Assembly (NCBI GenBank): GCA_011620345.1
Contig: WOZJ01000057.1
Coordinates: forward strand, 165,246 to 229,245
From: Nitrospirota bacterium
Lineage (GTDB): Bacteria; UBA2233
DNA length: 64,000 nt
Reading direction: 5' to 3'
Both the position numbers and the translations under genes were made by a program. A model generated the notes under the pieces. That model was not told where the DNA came from and did no database searches. It saw only the letters and a list, made by a program, of their open reading frames with translations. Positions 38,765 through 48,963 of the stretch are shown in pieces (positions within the stretch are counted from its first letter, which is position 1; each line of letters starts with the position of its first letter).

Positions 38765-39863
38765 GCACTTCGAGCCCGTCTTTTGTGAGGACGACGTCGT
38801 CTTCGATCCGCACCCCGCCTAGATCAGGGTAGTAAAGGCCCGGCTCAACCGTTACTACCGCGCCTTCGGGCAAGGGGATATCCTCGTTTCCTATTCTTGG
38901 GGGCTCGTGGATATCCAGCCCAAGGCCGTGGCCCGTGGTATGGATGAACCCGAAGGGCAACTCGGCCGTCATGTCCGTTGAAAAACCGCTGGCCTCGAAG
39001 TGTGCTACAACAGCCCGGTGGACGCTCGAGGCGTTCACTCCGGCCCTTAAGCGCTCAATGGCGATTCCTTGTGCCTTAAGCACGGCACGGTACATCCGCT
39101 CGAGCCTTTCGGGCGGCCTGCCTTTGACGAACGTACGCGTGATGTCGGCAAAGTATCTTGTCTGTAGGCTCCTTGGGAACACATCGACCACGATGGGAGT
39201 GTGGGCCAGGATGGGGCCGTGTCCCTCTTCGTGAGGCAGCGCAGAGAGCGGGCCTGAGGCCACGATCGTGTGTTGCGCAAGCAGCCCGTTCTCAAACAGG
39301 GTGCGCTCCAACGCGTTGCGAAGCCGCTCGCTTGTAAGCGGCTCTCCTTCAAGGACCACGCGACCCTCTTTCACTCTTGCCCGCTTTAGGATGTCCACGA
39401 CAACCTGAAGGGCATGTTCGGTTGCCTCAATCGCAACCTTGATCCACCCCACCTCCTGAGGGGATTTTTGCAGCCGTTCTGGAAAGAAGGGCAGCTCTTG
39501 CTGGACATCAACTATAAGGCCCATCTCAGAAAGGCCGACATAGAACCGTGCCGGGAAATCGGGCGGGACGAGGAGCGATTCGATTTGATTCGTTAGAAGG
39601 AAGCGGCCGAGAAGCTCTGGAAGCTTTAGCGTTTCGCCTGGGCTTTGTAGCGCCCTCCGGAGGCTCTCCAAAGAAAGCACCTCCGTAACTCTTGCCGTCG
39701 CCTGCGCCCTGGCAAACTCGAGAGGGCTGACAAGAAGGGATGTTTTGGCGTCTTGCTCCAAGAACACGACGGGATCCGGGGCAAGAAAGCCCGTCTTGTA
39801 GAAAAGGTCGGAGGAATGCTCCGGGCTGGCAACAATCAGCCGTGCAGGAGGATGGCTACCCAT
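38727..39863 (-). CDS. Xaa-Pro peptidase, M24 family
   Basis: ADITRT, HTTGHGLGLDIHE, VTVEPGLY, GVRIED. Confidence 0.93.
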   Translation of the reverse strand: MGSHPPARLIVASPEHSSDLFYKTGFLAPDPVVFLEQDAKTSLLVSPLEFARAQATARVTEVLSLESLRRALQSPGETLKLPELLGRFLLTNQIESLLVPPDFPARFYVGLSEMGLIVDVQQELPFFPERLQKSPQEVGWIKVAIEATEHALQVVVDILKRARVKEGRVVLEGEPLTSERLRNALERTLFENGLLAQHTIVASGPLSALPHEEGHGPILAHTPIVVDVFPRSLQTRYFADITRTFVKGRPPERLERMYRAVLKAQGIAIERLRAGVNASSVHRAVVAHFEASGFSTDMTAELPFGFIHTTGHGLGLDIHEPPRIGNEDIPLPEGAVVTVEPGLYYPDLGGVRIEDDVVLTKDGLEVLSSFPKDPWVFP

Positions 39864-40372
39864 TTTGGCCCGTGTACTCCCTTGATTAATTTTTTTTCGA
39901 TGTCAGAGGTCTGGCTTGGCCCCGTGACAAGGCTAAGAATGGCAGGGAGAGGGGAGGTAAGCTCTAAAAAGAGTTCTTTGTAGGCTGGGAGAATTTTTTT
40001 TGCATCGAGCACCACAAGAAGCCCTGCCGGCACGAGCGTTACAAGCGGGTTGGTCTTGATGAAGGCTAACGACCCGGAATAGGCAAGCCCAAAATCTGCC
40101 CTTGCCACGCCGAGCGCCACGTTGGGGGAGGAGTCAATCTCCCGGGGCTCCAACGGAAAAGCGCTTTGAAACCCGGACTCGGATAGGGCTTCTTCGAGGA
40201 AGGGGGGAGAGTTTTCCATGGCTGGGTCCACCCAGGCCTCTTGAAAGCCGGTAGCCGTTCGGATTTTGTCGAGCCATTCCTTTAGTGCCGGGGTTGGGCC
40301 GTGTGGAAAGACGGCAACGTCGAGTCTTTCGGCCTGCTTCAGGAATTGCTCAAGCAGCGTCTGTGTGGTCAC
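39836..40372 (-). CDS. lutC: LUD-domain protein LutC
   Basis: VTGPSQTSDIE, GVHGP; GTG start inferred. Confidence 0.85.
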   Translation of the reverse strand: MTTQTLLEQFLKQAERLDVAVFPHGPTPALKEWLDKIRTATGFQEAWVDPAMENSPPFLEEALSESGFQSAFPLEPREIDSSPNVALGVARADFGLAYSGSLAFIKTNPLVTLVPAGLLVVLDAKKILPAYKELFLELTSPLPAILSLVTGPSQTSDIEKKLIKGVHGPKWVAILLHG

Positions 40373-41738
40373 CCCAAAACCTTTCCTGAAAGGAGCGGGA
40401 TGCCGGAACCGGCAGGTCTCTAGCTTTTCCCCAGCCAAGGACATGTTCGATGTAGGGAATGGCAAGCATCGGTCGTACGAGGCGCCTTGCCAAAGAAACA
40501 ACCCTTGGATGCCTGCCGATATGGGATGCCAACAAGAAGGCCAGGTAGCGAACCCCCTTGGCTGGTGAGCGCGCGGCGTGGTGGAAGAACTGTTCTCTTA
40601 CGGCTAGAAGCTGGCCAGGAATGTCGATCCCTACAGGACATATTTCCCTACAGGCGCCGCAGAGCGTCGAGAAAAACCCGAGCCGTTCCGTTCCTTTAGG
40701 ATGAATACCGGGCATAAGAATGGCTCCTATAGGCCCCATGTAGGGTGCTTGGTAGGCGTGCCCCCCTATGTGGCGGTACACGACGCAAGCGTTCAGACAG
40801 GCACCGCACCGGATACAAGCGAGCGTCTCACGCCTTTTGGGGTCAGAAAGGAGCCCGGATCGTCCGTTGTCGACGAGGATCAAATAGAAGAAACGGTCTT
40901 GTTCGGGTGCCTTGCGCCCAAACTCTGGCGGCGATAGGAGCGTTGTATAAGCGCCTGCGCGCTGGCCTGTGCCCGCAAGCGTCAGCACGGTCAGAAGCGT
41001 ACCTAGGCTTTCCATGTCTGGAGCGATCCGTTCTATCCCCATGAGGGCCACGTGAACCCTAGGGAGGAGAGCGCAGTACCTTAGGTTCCCCTCGTTTTCG
41101 ACAAATGCCAACGTACCCGTCTCGGCTACCCCAAAGTTGACTCCGGTGATCCCCATGTCGGCCGAGAAAAACTTCTCCCGCAAGAACACGCGGGCGAGCT
41201 CGGCGATGGCCGATTCTTCGTCCGGAACGTCTCTTTGGAAGACCCGGCTAAAAAGCTCTGCAATCTCGCGCTGGCTTTTGTGGATACAAGGCGTAAGGAT
41301 ATGCGAAGGCTTTTCTTTGGCCAGCTGGACAATAAGCTCGCCCAAGTCGGTCTCGACGACCTCGATCCCTGATTCCTCGAGGAACTCGTTGAGGCAAACC
41401 TCTTCCGAAAGCATCGATTTGGACTTGACCGCCCGCTTAACATCGTGACGCTTGGCAATGTCAAAGACAGCCCTGCGGGCCTCCTCGGCCGATTTAGCCT
41501 CGATTACACGAACCCCAGCGCCTTCGAGTACGCCGCGAAAGCGCTTGAGGTGCGAAGGAAGGCCGTTCAAGGTGTCCAGGCGGATCTTTCTTGCGCGCTG
41601 GACCAAATCTTGATACTCGGGAATTTCGGCCAGTGTAAGCGCGCGTTTCTGAAAGTAGTGCGCGATGGCGTTATCTAGGTTGGCTTCTAGCTGGAGGTTG
41701 GGCGAGGGAGTGTCGAGTAGCGAAAAGCGCGTCCTCAT
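40350..41738 (-). CDS. lutB: Lactate utilization Fe-S protein LutB
   Basis: KSKSM, ETDLGE, ENEGN, CIRCGACLNAC, CGACREICP. Confidence 0.93.
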   Translation of the reverse strand: MRTRFSLLDTPSPNLQLEANLDNAIAHYFQKRALTLAEIPEYQDLVQRARKIRLDTLNGLPSHLKRFRGVLEGAGVRVIEAKSAEEARRAVFDIAKRHDVKRAVKSKSMLSEEVCLNEFLEESGIEVVETDLGELIVQLAKEKPSHILTPCIHKSQREIAELFSRVFQRDVPDEESAIAELARVFLREKFFSADMGITGVNFGVAETGTLAFVENEGNLRYCALLPRVHVALMGIERIAPDMESLGTLLTVLTLAGTGQRAGAYTTLLSPPEFGRKAPEQDRFFYLILVDNGRSGLLSDPKRRETLACIRCGACLNACVVYRHIGGHAYQAPYMGPIGAILMPGIHPKGTERLGFFSTLCGACREICPVGIDIPGQLLAVREQFFHHAARSPAKGVRYLAFLLASHIGRHPRVVSLARRLVRPMLAIPYIEHVLGWGKARDLPVPASRSFQERFWGDHTDAA

Positions 41739-42478
41739 GGCTTAGGGAGTGCCTCATAAAGGAAACTTGCCAAATGGACGAAGCGAACGTTGCTTGGACG
41801 CTTCTTGGCGATGCTCGATAGGTGCATCAGACAGCCGGAATCTGCGCTGATTACCACTTCCGCCCCGGTTTTGGCGATCTCTTCGAGCTTGCGCTCGCCT
41901 ATTCTGTACGAGAGGAACGGAAGAAGCGTACTGAACGCACCCCCGAACCCGCAGCATGGCAAAGGCAGGGGGATTTCTTCCCTTTTGACTCCCCCCGTTT
42001 GATCAATCAGCGCAAGCGGGGGCTCTAGAACCCCGAGCTCTCGGCTCATATGGCAGGAGTTATGGTAGAACACTCTTGTTGGCCTCGGCATTGCCAAGGG
42101 GACGTCCTTGAGTTTACCGTAGGCAAGGTCGCTGAACTCTCTGATTTTGGCCGAGAGTTCTTTTATCTTTTTGTAAAGCCCGGGTTTTCTTTTGGCCGTT
42201 TCCGGTGCGTGTTTTGCAAGAAAGCTTGCACAAGACCCGGAAGGGACGACGACCGCATCCAGCTCTAGCCCGCCAAAACGGTCTACGAACCTCTCGATAT
42301 ACGGCAGCGCAAGCTTGGGAAGGCCTACGTTGAACCAGGGTTGACCACAACAGGTCTGGTTTTTTGGGACAACCACCACAAACCCGGCGAATTTCAAGAC
42401 TTCGATGGCGTGGATTGCGACGTCGGGCTCGAAATGGTCGATCAAGCAAGGGACAAAAAACCCAATCCGTTCAGCCAT
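41735..42478 (-). CDS. lutA: CCG-domain Fe-S protein LutA
   Basis: PCLID, QTCCGQP, PSGSC, HNSCH, CCGFGG, DSGCLMH. Confidence 0.9.
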   Translation of the reverse strand: MAERIGFFVPCLIDHFEPDVAIHAIEVLKFAGFVVVVPKNQTCCGQPWFNVGLPKLALPYIERFVDRFGGLELDAVVVPSGSCASFLAKHAPETAKRKPGLYKKIKELSAKIREFSDLAYGKLKDVPLAMPRPTRVFYHNSCHMSRELGVLEPPLALIDQTGGVKREEIPLPLPCCGFGGAFSTLLPFLSYRIGERKLEEIAKTGAEVVISADSGCLMHLSSIAKKRPSNVRFVHLASFLYEALPKP

Positions 42479-44135
42479 CCAAGAGGGCCCCTTCGGAAGC
42501 GTCCCCCACCAAGGACGCATACCGGGAAAGGTAGCCTTTAAGAGGCTTTTGTCGTATTGGAGTTCTTTCTTTCCTTGTCTCGAGCTCGGTTTGGTCGATT
42601 TCAAGCCGGACTTCTTTAGATGCCAGGTCGATTACGATGGGATCGCCGTCTTCGATGTAGGCGATGGGCCCTCCCTTTGCCGCTTCGGGGCATACGTGGC
42701 CCACGCAGATTCCACGGGTGCCTCCAGAGAACCGGCCGTCGGTGATGAGCGCGACTTCTTTGTCCATGCCTCTTCCCATCAACGCAGAGGTCGGGGAGAG
42801 CATTTCTGGCATGCCTGGCCCGCCTTTCGGGCCTTCGTAGCGAATCACGACGACGCTGCCTGGCTGGATTTGCCCGTTCAAAATGGCCGTCATCGCCTCT
42901 TTCTCTTCGTTGAACACCCGTGCTCGTCCACGGAACGTCTTTAGCCCGGGGTCGATTCCCCCTGTTTTAATCACGCAGCCTTTTGGAGCAAGGTTGCCGA
43001 AAAGAACGCTCAGTCCGCCGTCCTGCCTGAAAGGCGCCTCAAGCGGACGAATGACATCCCCGTCAGGCTCCGGCGCTTGATCGATAAAGTCCCCAATAGG
43101 GTTCCCAAACAACGTCCGCGCCTCGGAGGCGATGAGCCCTGGTTTTTTTTGTAGCGCCTTCAAAACGGCCATAACCCCTCCCACACGCTGGAGGTCTTCC
43201 ATGTGAACCCTCGATGCGGGAGCAATTTTTACGATCTGGGGCACATCTTTGGCAAGCGCTCCGATCGTTTCCAGCGATATCGGCACCTGGGCCGTTTTGG
43301 CCAGCGCAAGGCCATGGAGAATGGTGTTGGTCGAACCGCCGATGGCCGTATCTAAGACGAAGGCGTTGCGGAAGCTCTTTGCGGACAGGACCGTAGAAGG
43401 CCTCCTGTCGTTCAAGACGGCCTCCACGATTCGCCTGCCCGTCTCAAAGGCCAGGTTCCTGCGGAGCTCGGAAACGGCAAGCGCCGTACCGTTCCCAGGA
43501 AGGCTTAAGCCCATGGCTTCGAGCAGGCAACCCATCGAGTTGGCAGTGAAAAGGCCCGAACAAGAGCCGCAGGTTGGGCACGCGGCCTGTTCAATGGCCT
43601 TTAGCTTGGCATCGTCGATCTTTCCCGCGCTCCTGGCGCCCACGGCCTCAAACACGCTGATCAGATCAAGGGGCTTGCCTTCTCCATCAAACCCCTTGGC
43701 CATCGGGCCTCCGCTTAAAAAAATTGCAGGGATGTCTACCCTCAGGGCTCCGATAGCCATACCGGGAACGATCTTATCGCAGCTTGCCAGGCATACGACA
43801 CCGTCAAAGGCGTGAGCCATGAGTGCGACCTCTAGGCTGTCCGCAATGAGGTCCCTCGATGGTAGTGAATAGCGCATGCCTTCGTGCCCCATGGCTATGC
43901 CGTCGTCTACGCCGATCGTGTTGAACTCAAACGCGACCCCACCGGCCTTTCGTATGCCCCGCTTGACCCAGCCGGCAAGCTCTCTTAGGTGCGTATGCCC
44001 GGGGATAATCTCGTTGTAGGCGTTGGCAACGGCGATGAACGGCTTGGAGAAGTCTTCTTCTTTGAGGCCGCAGGCATAAAGCAGCGCCCTGTGGCCAGCC
44101 CGCTCGATCCCGCGCTTGATCATGTCGCTGCGCAT
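42471..44135 (-). CDS. ilvD: Dihydroxy-acid dehydratase
   Basis: PGHTHL, DDGIAMGH, CDKIVPG, CPTCGSCSG, TDGRFSGG. Confidence 0.97.
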   Translation of the reverse strand: MRSDMIKRGIERAGHRALLYACGLKEEDFSKPFIAVANAYNEIIPGHTHLRELAGWVKRGIRKAGGVAFEFNTIGVDDGIAMGHEGMRYSLPSRDLIADSLEVALMAHAFDGVVCLASCDKIVPGMAIGALRVDIPAIFLSGGPMAKGFDGEGKPLDLISVFEAVGARSAGKIDDAKLKAIEQAACPTCGSCSGLFTANSMGCLLEAMGLSLPGNGTALAVSELRRNLAFETGRRIVEAVLNDRRPSTVLSAKSFRNAFVLDTAIGGSTNTILHGLALAKTAQVPISLETIGALAKDVPQIVKIAPASRVHMEDLQRVGGVMAVLKALQKKPGLIASEARTLFGNPIGDFIDQAPEPDGDVIRPLEAPFRQDGGLSVLFGNLAPKGCVIKTGGIDPGLKTFRGRARVFNEEKEAMTAILNGQIQPGSVVVIRYEGPKGGPGMPEMLSPTSALMGRGMDKEVALITDGRFSGGTRGICVGHVCPEAAKGGPIAYIEDGDPIVIDLASKEVRLEIDQTELETRKERTPIRQKPLKGYLSRYASLVGDASEGALLDG

Positions 44136-44381
44136 AGTTTTTTCCCTTCTTTCTGTAGTACCTTCATTCAATGTAGCACCTTCTTGAGAACGATTGAAGG
44201 AAGGAGGCTTCCTAAAAGGTTTATGTGCCAAGCCGATCTCCCAGGCTTTGATGCCCTATCTGGTAGTTTTTTTAGGGGGCGCTGCGTGTCGGTTGTCCAT
44301 CGGAATCGCTTTTGTTTAGAATAGCGTAAGTGGAAACAAGCCGTGCTAATTCCATAAAATTGGGAAGAACGAAGAACAAGG

Positions 44382-44996
44382 ATGAGTGTAAAAACCTTCA
44401 AGGAACTGGCCCAGGGTTACGATGAGGACCCTAGCCGTCAGCAAAGAGCCGAAGCGATTTTCCAGGCAATTCTTCGATTGGTCCCCCTGTCCAAGGAGAT
44501 GGAGGTTCTTGAGTGCGGGGCGGGCACCGGGCTACTTACCGTTCTCCTTGCCCCGAAGGTAAAGCACATCCTTGCTACCGATGCTTCGGAGGGGATGCTC
44601 TTAGTTCTACGGGAAAAACGCTCCCGCCTTGGGTTGTGCAACGTGGATACAGACCTTTATGATCCCACGGGCCAGTCAATGGAATCCTCGTTTGGCCTGC
44701 TCGTGGCCTCCATGCTCTTACACCATATTCCCGACACGGAAGGGGTGCTTCGGCGTTTTTATGGCACGCTCACCCTAAATGGATGGGTGGCGATCGCCGA
44801 TCTCGAAGAAGAAGACGGCAGTTTTCACTCCCCCGAGATGCCAAAGCCAGCTCATTACGGGTTTAACCGGTCCAATGTTGTCAAGAGTTTAGAAGCGGCA
44901 GGCTTCTGCAATGTTTACATCGAAACCGTCCATGTGGTCGTAAAAAACGAGCGGCAATACCCGATTTTTCTTGCGGTGGCCAAGAGGGGGCAATGA
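44382..44996 (+). CDS. Class I SAM-dependent methyltransferase
   Basis: VLECGAGTG, DASEGML, MLLHHI. Confidence 0.9.
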   Translation: MSVKTFKELAQGYDEDPSRQQRAEAIFQAILRLVPLSKEMEVLECGAGTGLLTVLLAPKVKHILATDASEGMLLVLREKRSRLGLCNVDTDLYDPTGQSMESSFGLLVASMLLHHIPDTEGVLRRFYGTLTLNGWVAIADLEEEDGSFHSPEMPKPAHYGFNRSNVVKSLEAAGFCNVYIETVHVVVKNERQYPIFLAVAKRGQ

Positions 44997-45111
44997 CAGG
45001 AAAAAGCCTTTAGGATCCCAGGCGTACAAGGTCGTTCGTTCTCTTTAAGCAGCTCGCAAGCTGTGATAGAATACATCCTTTAAAAACAAGGGCGCCTGGG
45101 AGGTTATCTGG

Positions 45112-45384
45112 ATGGGTAAGAAGGACAAAGAAGAGTTTTCGATCGACACGACAGCATCGCTCAGTCAGGTAATCGAAATGCTCGAGGGTCTCGTCGAAGG
45201 GTTTAAGAATGGACGGATTTTTCTAAGCTCCGGGCCGTCTAGCATCGTACTCAACCCGGCAGAGATTATCAAGCTCGAGATCGAAGCGAAGAAAAAAGAG
45301 AACGAAGCCAAGATTGAGATCGAGCTCAAATGGAAGTCGTTTCCGCCTGAACCTAAGGGCCTTGTCGTAGGCTCTAGCCTTTAG
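45112..45384 (+). CDS. Amphi-Trp domain protein
   Basis: 90 aa; alternating acidic/hydrophobic strands ending IEIELKW; SD GGAGGT. Confidence 0.75.
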   Translation: MGKKDKEEFSIDTTASLSQVIEMLEGLVEGFKNGRIFLSSGPSSIVLNPAEIIKLEIEAKKKENEAKIEIELKWKSFPPEPKGLVVGSSL

Positions 45385-45403
45385 ACGCGCGTCCGGAGGT
45401 CAA

Positions 45404-46822
45404 GTGGATAACTATAGCTTTTATACGAAGCATCCCCGCAGGCGGGTAAAGTGGCTGATTGCCCTCGGGGTGTTTTGCGGTGGAGTTCTATTGCTTGGGA
45501 GGTGGGGCTTGGAGATTTATCGCTCGGGTACTCAAGGCGAGGGCGTGTACGCTATCGAGGGGGAAAAGGTCACGTTCTCCTCGCTGAAAAATGGCCTCGG
45601 TGTGGTTATTCGAGAAGATCACCGGCTTCCTGTGGCTAGCGTCCAGGTTTGGTATAAAGTAGGATCCGTTGACGAGACGGATCAGATTGCCGGCATATCG
45701 CATTTGCTCGAGCACATGATGTTCAAGGGAACGCGAAAGGTTGGCCCTGAGGAGTACCCTAAGATCGTTCAACGAATGGGCGGCCAGGTCAACGCTGGCA
45801 CTTCGAAGGATTTTACGTTCTACTATGCCGACGTGCCGAAGCAGGGAATCGAAAGGGTACTCGAGCTCGAAGCCGATAGAATGAAAAACCTTGTCATCAC
45901 GGAGCAAACGCTTGCTCCCGAGCGGGAGGTCGTGAAAGAGGAGCGCCGATTGCGGGTCGAGAACGACGTGGACGGGCTGTTGATCGAAAACCTTTACAAA
46001 GAGGCGTTTTTGTCGAGCCCTTACCGTATAGATACGACAGGAACGATGGAGGCGCTCGATCAAATTACGCCGGAGAAGCTTCTTGATTACTACCGGCGGT
46101 TTTACTCTCCAAGCAACGCCCTTGTCGTAATTGCGGGAGATGTGGAATCTAAGCAGGCCATTATGCTCGTGGAGCGCCACTTTGGAGCCTTAGAGCCTTC
46201 CGCCCCTTCGAGGGGTTCGATTCCAGAAGAGCCTGCCCAAGAAAAGGAGCGCGTCAAAGAGGTTGTTCGGAGCGATGTGCAGTATCGTTCCACGGTTGGG
46301 GGGTTTAAGGTGCCCTCTTTCAAGCATGAGGATGCCCTGGCCCTTATGGCGCTCGAGAAGATTCTGGGGAACTCAAGCCTGAAAAGCTCGAGGCTTTATC
46401 GGGACCTTGTTGTGAACAAGCCCGTAGCGACAGAGGTACAAGCGATCGATTCAAGGGGTCGCTATCCAGGGCTGTTCATCGTGTACCTACAGCTCAGGGA
46501 GGGCGTGGATGCCCCGAAGGCCAGAGAAGAGCTGTTTGCAACGCTCGGGCAGATTTCCTTAAATGGCCCCACCCAAGAAGAGCTCGAAATGGCAAAGAGC
46601 CAGCTCACCCTTGAAAGGGGCAAGGCGCTCGAGATGGTGAACGGGCTTGCGTTTGAGGTCGGGCTTTCTTATGTCAATGCGGACGATCCGTCCTATTTGT
46701 CTTCTTTGTACGAAAAGCTATCCCAGCTTGGGTCTAAGGATATTCAACGGGTGGTTGATACCTACTTTAAGCCGGAGCACGCGACGTTTGTTGACCTCGT
46801 CTCCAAGGCGGAAGGTTCCTAG
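45404..46822 (+). CDS. M16 (pitrilysin) family peptidase, catalytic subunit
   Basis: GISHLLEHMMFKGT (HxxEH), NAGT, EREVVKEER. Confidence 0.93.
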   Translation: MDNYSFYTKHPRRRVKWLIALGVFCGGVLLLGRWGLEIYRSGTQGEGVYAIEGEKVTFSSLKNGLGVVIREDHRLPVASVQVWYKVGSVDETDQIAGISHLLEHMMFKGTRKVGPEEYPKIVQRMGGQVNAGTSKDFTFYYADVPKQGIERVLELEADRMKNLVITEQTLAPEREVVKEERRLRVENDVDGLLIENLYKEAFLSSPYRIDTTGTMEALDQITPEKLLDYYRRFYSPSNALVVIAGDVESKQAIMLVERHFGALEPSAPSRGSIPEEPAQEKERVKEVVRSDVQYRSTVGGFKVPSFKHEDALALMALEKILGNSSLKSSRLYRDLVVNKPVATEVQAIDSRGRYPGLFIVYLQLREGVDAPKAREELFATLGQISLNGPTQEELEMAKSQLTLERGKALEMVNGLAFEVGLSYVNADDPSYLSSLYEKLSQLGSKDIQRVVDTYFKPEHATFVDLVSKAEGS

Positions 46823-46826
46823 GCTT

Positions 46827-48206
46827 ATGAAGGCCAAATGTGTCCTAGCTTGCTTGACCGTCTTTACCGCATTCGTTTTTGGATTGGCAACGGCCGAGGA
46901 GGGGAGTGTGCAGTTCAAAAAAGTTTCTTTCCCGGAGCATCGAGTGGGCAGCCTGGAAAACGGCGTACAGACCTTTGTCATGCGTTGGGGTAGCGGGAAT
47001 TTAGCCTCTCTCGAGCTCGTATTCCCGGCTGGAAGTGCGAGAGACCCCAAAGGTAGGGAAGGGCTCGCATACTTTGCATCCAAGCTGCTTTCGGGAAATT
47101 TGGAGCTTGCAAAAGAACTCGAAACGCTCGGAGCCACCTTCGATGCGAGCGTTACCCGGGATGGCCTCTATATCGAGCTGACCTGCATCGCCCCTTCTTT
47201 GCAAAAAGCGCTCGGCCTGATCGGGGGCTTGTTGAACCGTCCGACGTTTTCTACGGAAGATTTTCAGCGGCAAAAGCAGCTCCAGCTTGGCGAGCTCGCA
47301 TACAACCGAGCCAACCCCTCATGGGTAGCCCAGGCGAGCTTCTACGAAGCCTATTTTCGCGACCACCCCTACGCCCATCCTCCCTTGGGTACTCAGGAAG
47401 GAGTTGCGGCCATCGCGCCGGAGGATGTCCGTTCTTATTATACGGAAGGGCTAAAGGCTTTTAGGGGAACTGTTGTCGCGTTGGTTTCGCCGCTTCCCTT
47501 GTCGGATCAAGAGAAGCTTCTGCAAAACACTCTGGCGGCGCTTCAAAGAGCCGACGAGGAGAAACCCTTTGCCAACCCGGCTCAAGCCCCCAAGGCCGGC
47601 GTGTTTATCGTGCCATTTCCAGAGGCCAACCAGGCGCAAATTGTCATGGGGCACGAAGGCGTTGCAGCAGGGAACCCGGATCGTTTCCGTGTCTTGCTGA
47701 TGAACTCCATCTTGGGAGGGAACGCCTTCTCGTCCCGCTTGTTTGAGAAGGCTCGGGTTCAAGGAGGGCTGACGTACTCAATCAGGTCGAGTTTTGACTC
47801 GTACAAGAATTCTGGGTTATTCCTCGTCCGGACGTTTACCAGAACCTCCGAAGCGGCACAAATGCTGTCCTTGGTTGGAAGTATTGCCGGACAAATGAAG
47901 GCAGAACCCCCCTCTAATGAGGAGCTTTCGGATGCTAAATCTAGCCTTGTGCTCGGGTATCCTCTAAAGTTTCAAACTGCAAGCAGCGTAGTAGACCGGT
48001 TTGCAGGCTCCCTTTTTTACGGGCTTCCGCTTAACGATATCCTTGATTACCAAGACTATTTAAATGCGGTAACCAAAGAAGACGTTCTTCAGGCTGCCAA
48101 TGCGTATTTATTTCCGGAGGAGCTGCTGAGTGTCGTTGTCGGACAGCCCGAGCCGCTACAGCAAGCGCTGGAGCAGTATAAGCCTACCTTGCTGCCCTCC
48201 AAATGA
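46827..48206 (+). CDS. M16 family peptidase, non-catalytic partner
   Basis: AGSARDP..GLA, HPYAHP, ILGG..SSRLF; lacks HxxEH. Confidence 0.9.
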   Translation: MKAKCVLACLTVFTAFVFGLATAEEGSVQFKKVSFPEHRVGSLENGVQTFVMRWGSGNLASLELVFPAGSARDPKGREGLAYFASKLLSGNLELAKELETLGATFDASVTRDGLYIELTCIAPSLQKALGLIGGLLNRPTFSTEDFQRQKQLQLGELAYNRANPSWVAQASFYEAYFRDHPYAHPPLGTQEGVAAIAPEDVRSYYTEGLKAFRGTVVALVSPLPLSDQEKLLQNTLAALQRADEEKPFANPAQAPKAGVFIVPFPEANQAQIVMGHEGVAAGNPDRFRVLLMNSILGGNAFSSRLFEKARVQGGLTYSIRSSFDSYKNSGLFLVRTFTRTSEAAQMLSLVGSIAGQMKAEPPSNEELSDAKSSLVLGYPLKFQTASSVVDRFAGSLFYGLPLNDILDYQDYLNAVTKEDVLQAANAYLFPEELLSVVVGQPEPLQQALEQYKPTLLPSK

Positions 48207-48240
48207 TTACATCCGTAACGGGCAAGAAGGAGACGCGTTG

Positions 48241-48963
48241 ATGGCAAGACAAGGACGGGCAGCAGACAAATTTCGAGAAATAACCATTTCCACAAATGTA
48301 CTCAAATACGCCGAAGGCTCCGCGCTTATCCGGATGGGGGATACGCATGTCTTGTGCGCCGCGAGCGTCGAGGAAAAAGTCCCGCCGTTTTTGAAGGGTA
48401 CGGGGCAGGGGTGGGTTACGGCGGAGTACGCCATGTTGCCCCGTTCGAGCGCAGTAAGAAAGCCCAGAGAAATCTCCTCACTCAGAAAAGACAGCCGTGC
48501 GGTAGAGATTCAGCGTCAGATTGGAAGAGCCTTAAGGAGCATTGTAGACCTAGGAAGGCTGGGTGGAGAGCGGACGCTATGGATCGATTGCGATGTCATT
48601 CAGGCGGATGGCGGAACGCGGACTGCGAGCATCACAGGAGGGTTCGTGGCCATGTTCCTAGCGCTTAAACGGATGCAGGAGATAGGGCTCGTTCAGACGA
48701 TCCCTCTCGGCGATTTCCTCGCTGCCGTAAGCGTAGGGCTCGTAGACGGAGAGATCCTTCTAGACCTAGACTATCCGGAGGATTCAAGGGCCGATGTCGA
48801 CATGAACGTCGTGATGACTTCAAAAGGAGAAATCGTAGAGATCCTATCTACGTCCGAGCGCAAACCCCTTCCGGAGGCCATGCTCCATGAGATGCTTGGA
48901 ATGGCAAAGAAGGCCATCTTCGAGCTGATCGAAGTCCAAAAGAATGCGCTAAGCCTGCTGTGA
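48241..48963 (+). CDS. rph: Ribonuclease PH
   Basis: AEGS, GWVTAEYAMLPR, EIQRQIGRALR, QADGGTRTASITG. Confidence 0.97.
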   Translation: MARQGRAADKFREITISTNVLKYAEGSALIRMGDTHVLCAASVEEKVPPFLKGTGQGWVTAEYAMLPRSSAVRKPREISSLRKDSRAVEIQRQIGRALRSIVDLGRLGGERTLWIDCDVIQADGGTRTASITGGFVAMFLALKRMQEIGLVQTIPLGDFLAAVSVGLVDGEILLDLDYPEDSRADVDMNVVMTSKGEIVEILSTSERKPLPEAMLHEMLGMAKKAIFELIEVQKNALSLL

